64,000 nucleotides of DNA from Rhina ancylostomus. Lineage: Eukaryota. The notes beneath the pieces were generated by a model that was not told the DNA's origin, ran no database searches, and saw only the letters and a program-made list of their open reading frames with translations. Numbering within the stretch: the stretch's first letter is position 1; each line of letters starts with the position of its first letter. This document shows, one piece after another, positions 60,901-64,000 of this stretch. A program made the position numbers and the translations under genes. The stretch lies in NCBI GenBank assembly GCA_030265395.1, contig JARFYF010000053.1, positions 27,670,061-27,734,060 on the forward strand. Direction: 5' to 3'.

Positions 60901-63451
60901 CCATCTACCCATCCCACCTCCCTTATTGGTCCCATGCTCCACCTTCCTTTCCTATCAAATTTCATTTGCAGCCCTGTCTCTACTTAATCCCAAACACATC
61001 ACTATTTTCCCTTTCACATCCTCACCTGGATCCACCTATCACTGGGAAGCTCTTTCTCCACCCCTTCCCCTCACCTCTACACTGGCCATCTCCCTGTATC
61101 TAACAGAAAGTGTCAGTTGTTAATTCCTCTCCACAAATGTTGCCTGACCCAAGTTTCTCAAGCAATTGCAGTCTTGTCTCTCCATTCCTCGAGTCTAACC
61201 TGCCAATGGTGTTGTTTGACTGGGGTGCAGGAGGCTTATCAAGAATTGCATTCTGTTTGAGAATTACTTTCAATAGTAAAAGCCTACATCAAAAGACAGC
61301 AGGAAGTAGAGGCTTTCTAAAAAAAAAACACACTACTGGATTAAGTATTAGGAGTTACAGGTTATGCCTATCAGATCACAGGTGGACAGAATAATTTAAA
61401 TGCCCACAATAATAAAAAGACATTCATGGATGTGGATGTTGCTGACAATGCCAGCATTAACCATCCATTCCTAATTGTCTCTTAAGTGAAGCAAGAATAA
61501 TGAGTCAGTGGGTACAAGCCAGATCAGGTACAAACAGCAGAGTTCCATCCCTGAAGTAGTGAAGCATTAGTTTATAAACAGTCTGACAGTTTCACAACTG
61601 GGATTTGTTTTTTTTTAAATTTGCCAGCTGTCATGGTGAATTACAAAATCTTCCCCTTGGATCAATGGTCATTGAATGCTGGTTACTAAACAAGTAACTT
61701 CAATTGCAGCATGGTAGTATTGTGGTTAAGAATGACAGAAAAACAAAATCAGAAGTAAATATCTTTATCCTTGTAATCAAATACTTTGCATCCTATTTGA
61801 TCACATAGTACCAGTAGCTGCCAGATCATTTTGAAAGATCATGTGCAAGATCAATTATTAAGATCAGAAGATTACTACATTTTTCAAGTAGAAAAATCAG
61901 GTAGTTCTATAGCATGTTCAGTTAGGGAACCAATAACACTGATGCTGCAGTATCCAAATTCAAACCTACCTCTTTTCAGCTTTGAACTTGTCAATGAGCT
62001 CCTGTTTCTGTTCATCAACTACCCAATATCTGTGTGGTATGTAGTAACTGGACACTACTCTACATTCAGGACATGCTCTGTAAACAAAGGATATTTGAAT
62101 TTCTGGGGCATTTTTAAAAAGGGGGAAAAAAAAACAAACACCATCCACATTGAACAATGTATCACAAAGGTCTGACCAGACTAAGTGTTATCAATAGCAC
62201 TCCAAATTCAACTTGAGCCAGAAAATACAGCACTTTAAAATGCAGACATTTCAGAATACAGTCCCATTTGGACAACACATTTCCATCATCTTGAAGTGCT
62301 CAGACACCAAACATCCATTTTCTACAAGATCAAAATTACTGTAGAATATTCTAGAGTATTATTTAAAATTACAGGAATGTTTACAATGTAAAATTATCAA
62401 AAGTAATTTAGTTTCTGGACTATATTTGAGCATTACATTAACTTATCATAACACCCCCCCCCCCAGAAGTTAATTTGAAACAATCACCTTAGCACACTTG
62501 ATTACATTTATGCTGATCTGTACAACTCAGCTGCTTACTCAGAAATGCCAGTACTTACAGGAATTTTAACAATCAAGACAATTGGAATAGTGACAATACA
62601 AATGGCACCAAAACTAAAATTAAATTTGTGATGTTTACTTACTTTATTATATTATTGTTAAACCCCTTGCTATGTCGCCACTTCTTGATACAGGTCACAC
62701 AGAAAGCATGATTGCAGTCAGGAAGAATTGCAAAACATCGGTCTTTAGCTGGTGTTTTTTCATAGACTTTATCCATGCATATTCCACAAATAATATCTTT
62801 ACTCATTTCGAAGGCCTGGTTTGTAGCCAACTTTTTCTAAAATGCAAGTAGAAGACACCAAATCATTCTTTTTATTCATTATAGCCAAAGCTTGTTGGCA
62901 TTTTACTAGTAGCATACAACTGAGACAATCTCAGTTATATCATGGAAAAGATACCACACTCACAGAAAAATTATGGGATAACCTAAAGAATTGAAGTTAC
63001 TTAATGAAATTATTTGAGATTAAAATCTTCAAAGAATGCAAGAACATAAGAATCCAGTTTGTTTCAACAGATAATGCTCCTTCAATCTCCATTATTGCTA
63101 CAATAGTGTAATAATAGCTCCTGTTTTAATAAAGCAACCAATTGGTTTTGCAATGCTCAAAAATTCCTAATGGCATGAAACATATTCCAGTTTGTTCAGT
63201 GTAGTCCAAAAGGATTCTCAGTTAAGATCTAATGAATTACAAATAAAGTAGAACTTTTAAAAAATGTAGTCATTAACTGGAATAGACAAGCTAGTAGATT
63301 CCTTTACAGAAGTCGTAATTGCAAACCTTCATAGTAGATTGAGAAGCTAAAGAATCCTTCGGATCATTCTGAGGTACCCGGTTGACTCCACTGTTTGGTT
63401 TCTGGCACATACAGTGAGAAGAACCTGCTGCCTGCGACATTGAGGAATAGT
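57754..63451 (-). CDS. MKRN4: Makorin RING-finger E3 ligase (likely MKRN4), 3' exons; 5' end beyond the window
   Basis: join of 63327-63451(?), 62643-62836, 61970-62077, 59532-59661 and 57754-57954 on the minus strand. It has a C3HC4 RING (CGIC..CNHAFCVTC..CPECR), a terminal C3H finger and an acidic tail. The paralog assignment rests on adjacency to FANCE and divergence from MKRN1/2. Confidence 0.8.
59532..59661 (-). CDS. MKRN4: Makorin exon with C-terminal C3H zinc finger (KIRCKFFLQSNGKCPFKSECIYLH..)
   Basis: tcacag|a ... cat|gtaaga; 130 nt; C-x9-C-x5-C-x3-H. Confidence 0.9.
60750..61185 (+). mobile_element. Penelope-type pyrimidine-rich tail fragment
   Basis: ctcacctggatccacctatcac and ctctccacaaatgttgcctgaccc match the element at 50503-50865. 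Confidence 0.6.
61425..61720 (-). mobile_element. Degenerate SINE with LINE-like tail, antisense
   Basis: The minus-strand tail aatgctggcattgtcagcaacatccacatcca resembles the LINE tail at ~34845-34870. Confidence 0.45.
61970..62077 (-). CDS. MKRN4: Makorin exon (ACPECRVVSSYYIPHRYWVVDEQKQELIDKFKAEK)
   Basis: ttacag|a ... ag|gtaggt; 108 nt; makorin CPECR..IP..YWV motif. Confidence 0.92.
62643..62836 (-). CDS. MKRN4: Makorin RING exon (KKLATNQAFEMSKDIICGICMDKVYEK..CNHAFCVTCIKKWR..)
   Basis: ttttag|aaa ... aa|gtaagt; 194 nt. Confidence 0.9.
63327..63451 (-). CDS. MKRN4: Candidate makorin linker exon (YSSMSQAAGSSHCMCQKPNSGVNRVPQNDPKDSLASQSTMK)
   Basis: atttcag| ... aag|gtttgc; open, and ends in phase 0 matching the RING exon. 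No recognisable motif, so support is structural only. Confidence 0.5.
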
Positions 63452-64000
63452 CTGAAATACAACACCAAGTTTTATACTGCATAAAAAGTCTTGAGAGCAC
63501 TGAGTAAACAGTGAAAATCCAACACAAAGTAATCTTGGTCTAGTATACAAGAACTCAATATTTACATTTATTGTGAATTTTCAATTAAACAAGACCTACA
63601 ATATTTCAAAAAAAGGAATTCCAAAGTTTCAACAATTTGAATCATTGAAAAGCAGTAATCATGTCAAATGCTCTTCCTTTTTTCTTTGGAGTTCTATGGA
63701 ANNNNNNNNNNGAAGTTACTTACGTAGTTCTACACTGCTACTAACTCTCTCACACCAGGATCCTTCGAAATGAAGGCCTACTATTCATCGCCGCTTTGCT
63801 CGTTATTAATATTTCCCTAACTTGTTTCTAGTAGGTAGCAAAGTGTACTCAGTGCTACTCAGCCAGATTTAACAAATGAACAGTAGTTTAAGATGCATCA
63901 ACATGTTGAATTCAAGAGATAATTATTTTAAATACTAAAAAGATCAGGGTCCTGCATAAAAGGATCTTAATTTGTGTCTACAAAACCAAATCAGTTAACA

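Noticed and set aside
63724-63777. Possible further makorin exon ending at a strong minus-strand donor c|gtaagt
   Set aside because: The phase fits, but the acceptor lacks a polypyrimidine tract and an in-frame TGA lies just upstream; an adjacent small gap adds doubt.

Overview
This is vertebrate genomic DNA, AT-rich and intron-containing, with several N gaps. The repeat content (V-SINEs, a DeuSINE, CR1/L2/RTE/Rex1 LINE remnants, palindromic Penelope-derived elements) suggests a cartilaginous fish; that is an inference. Three spliced genes can be rebuilt by hand with GT-AG boundaries and consistent phases. (1) CYB5R1-like NADH-cytochrome b5 reductase (+): coding exons 2-9 at 19595-31936, with exon 1 probably lost in the gap inside the CpG island at ~15.0-15.8 kb. 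(2) FANCE (+): 10 coding exons at 38097-55118, 529 aa, with a CpG-island promoter at ~35.2 kb. (3) The 3' part of a makorin RING/C3H gene, most likely MKRN4 (-): 57754 to at least 62836, convergent with FANCE. The first ~15 kb shows only transposon remnants. I found no demonstrably new biological system. The best leads are CpG-decayed dimeric hammerhead-ribozyme motifs in the Penelope-derived palindromes, a solo LTR nested in a SINE tail in FANCE intron 2, maternal-mRNA-type motifs in the makorin 3'UTR, and G-rich repeats behind both promoters. Repeat boundaries are approximate.
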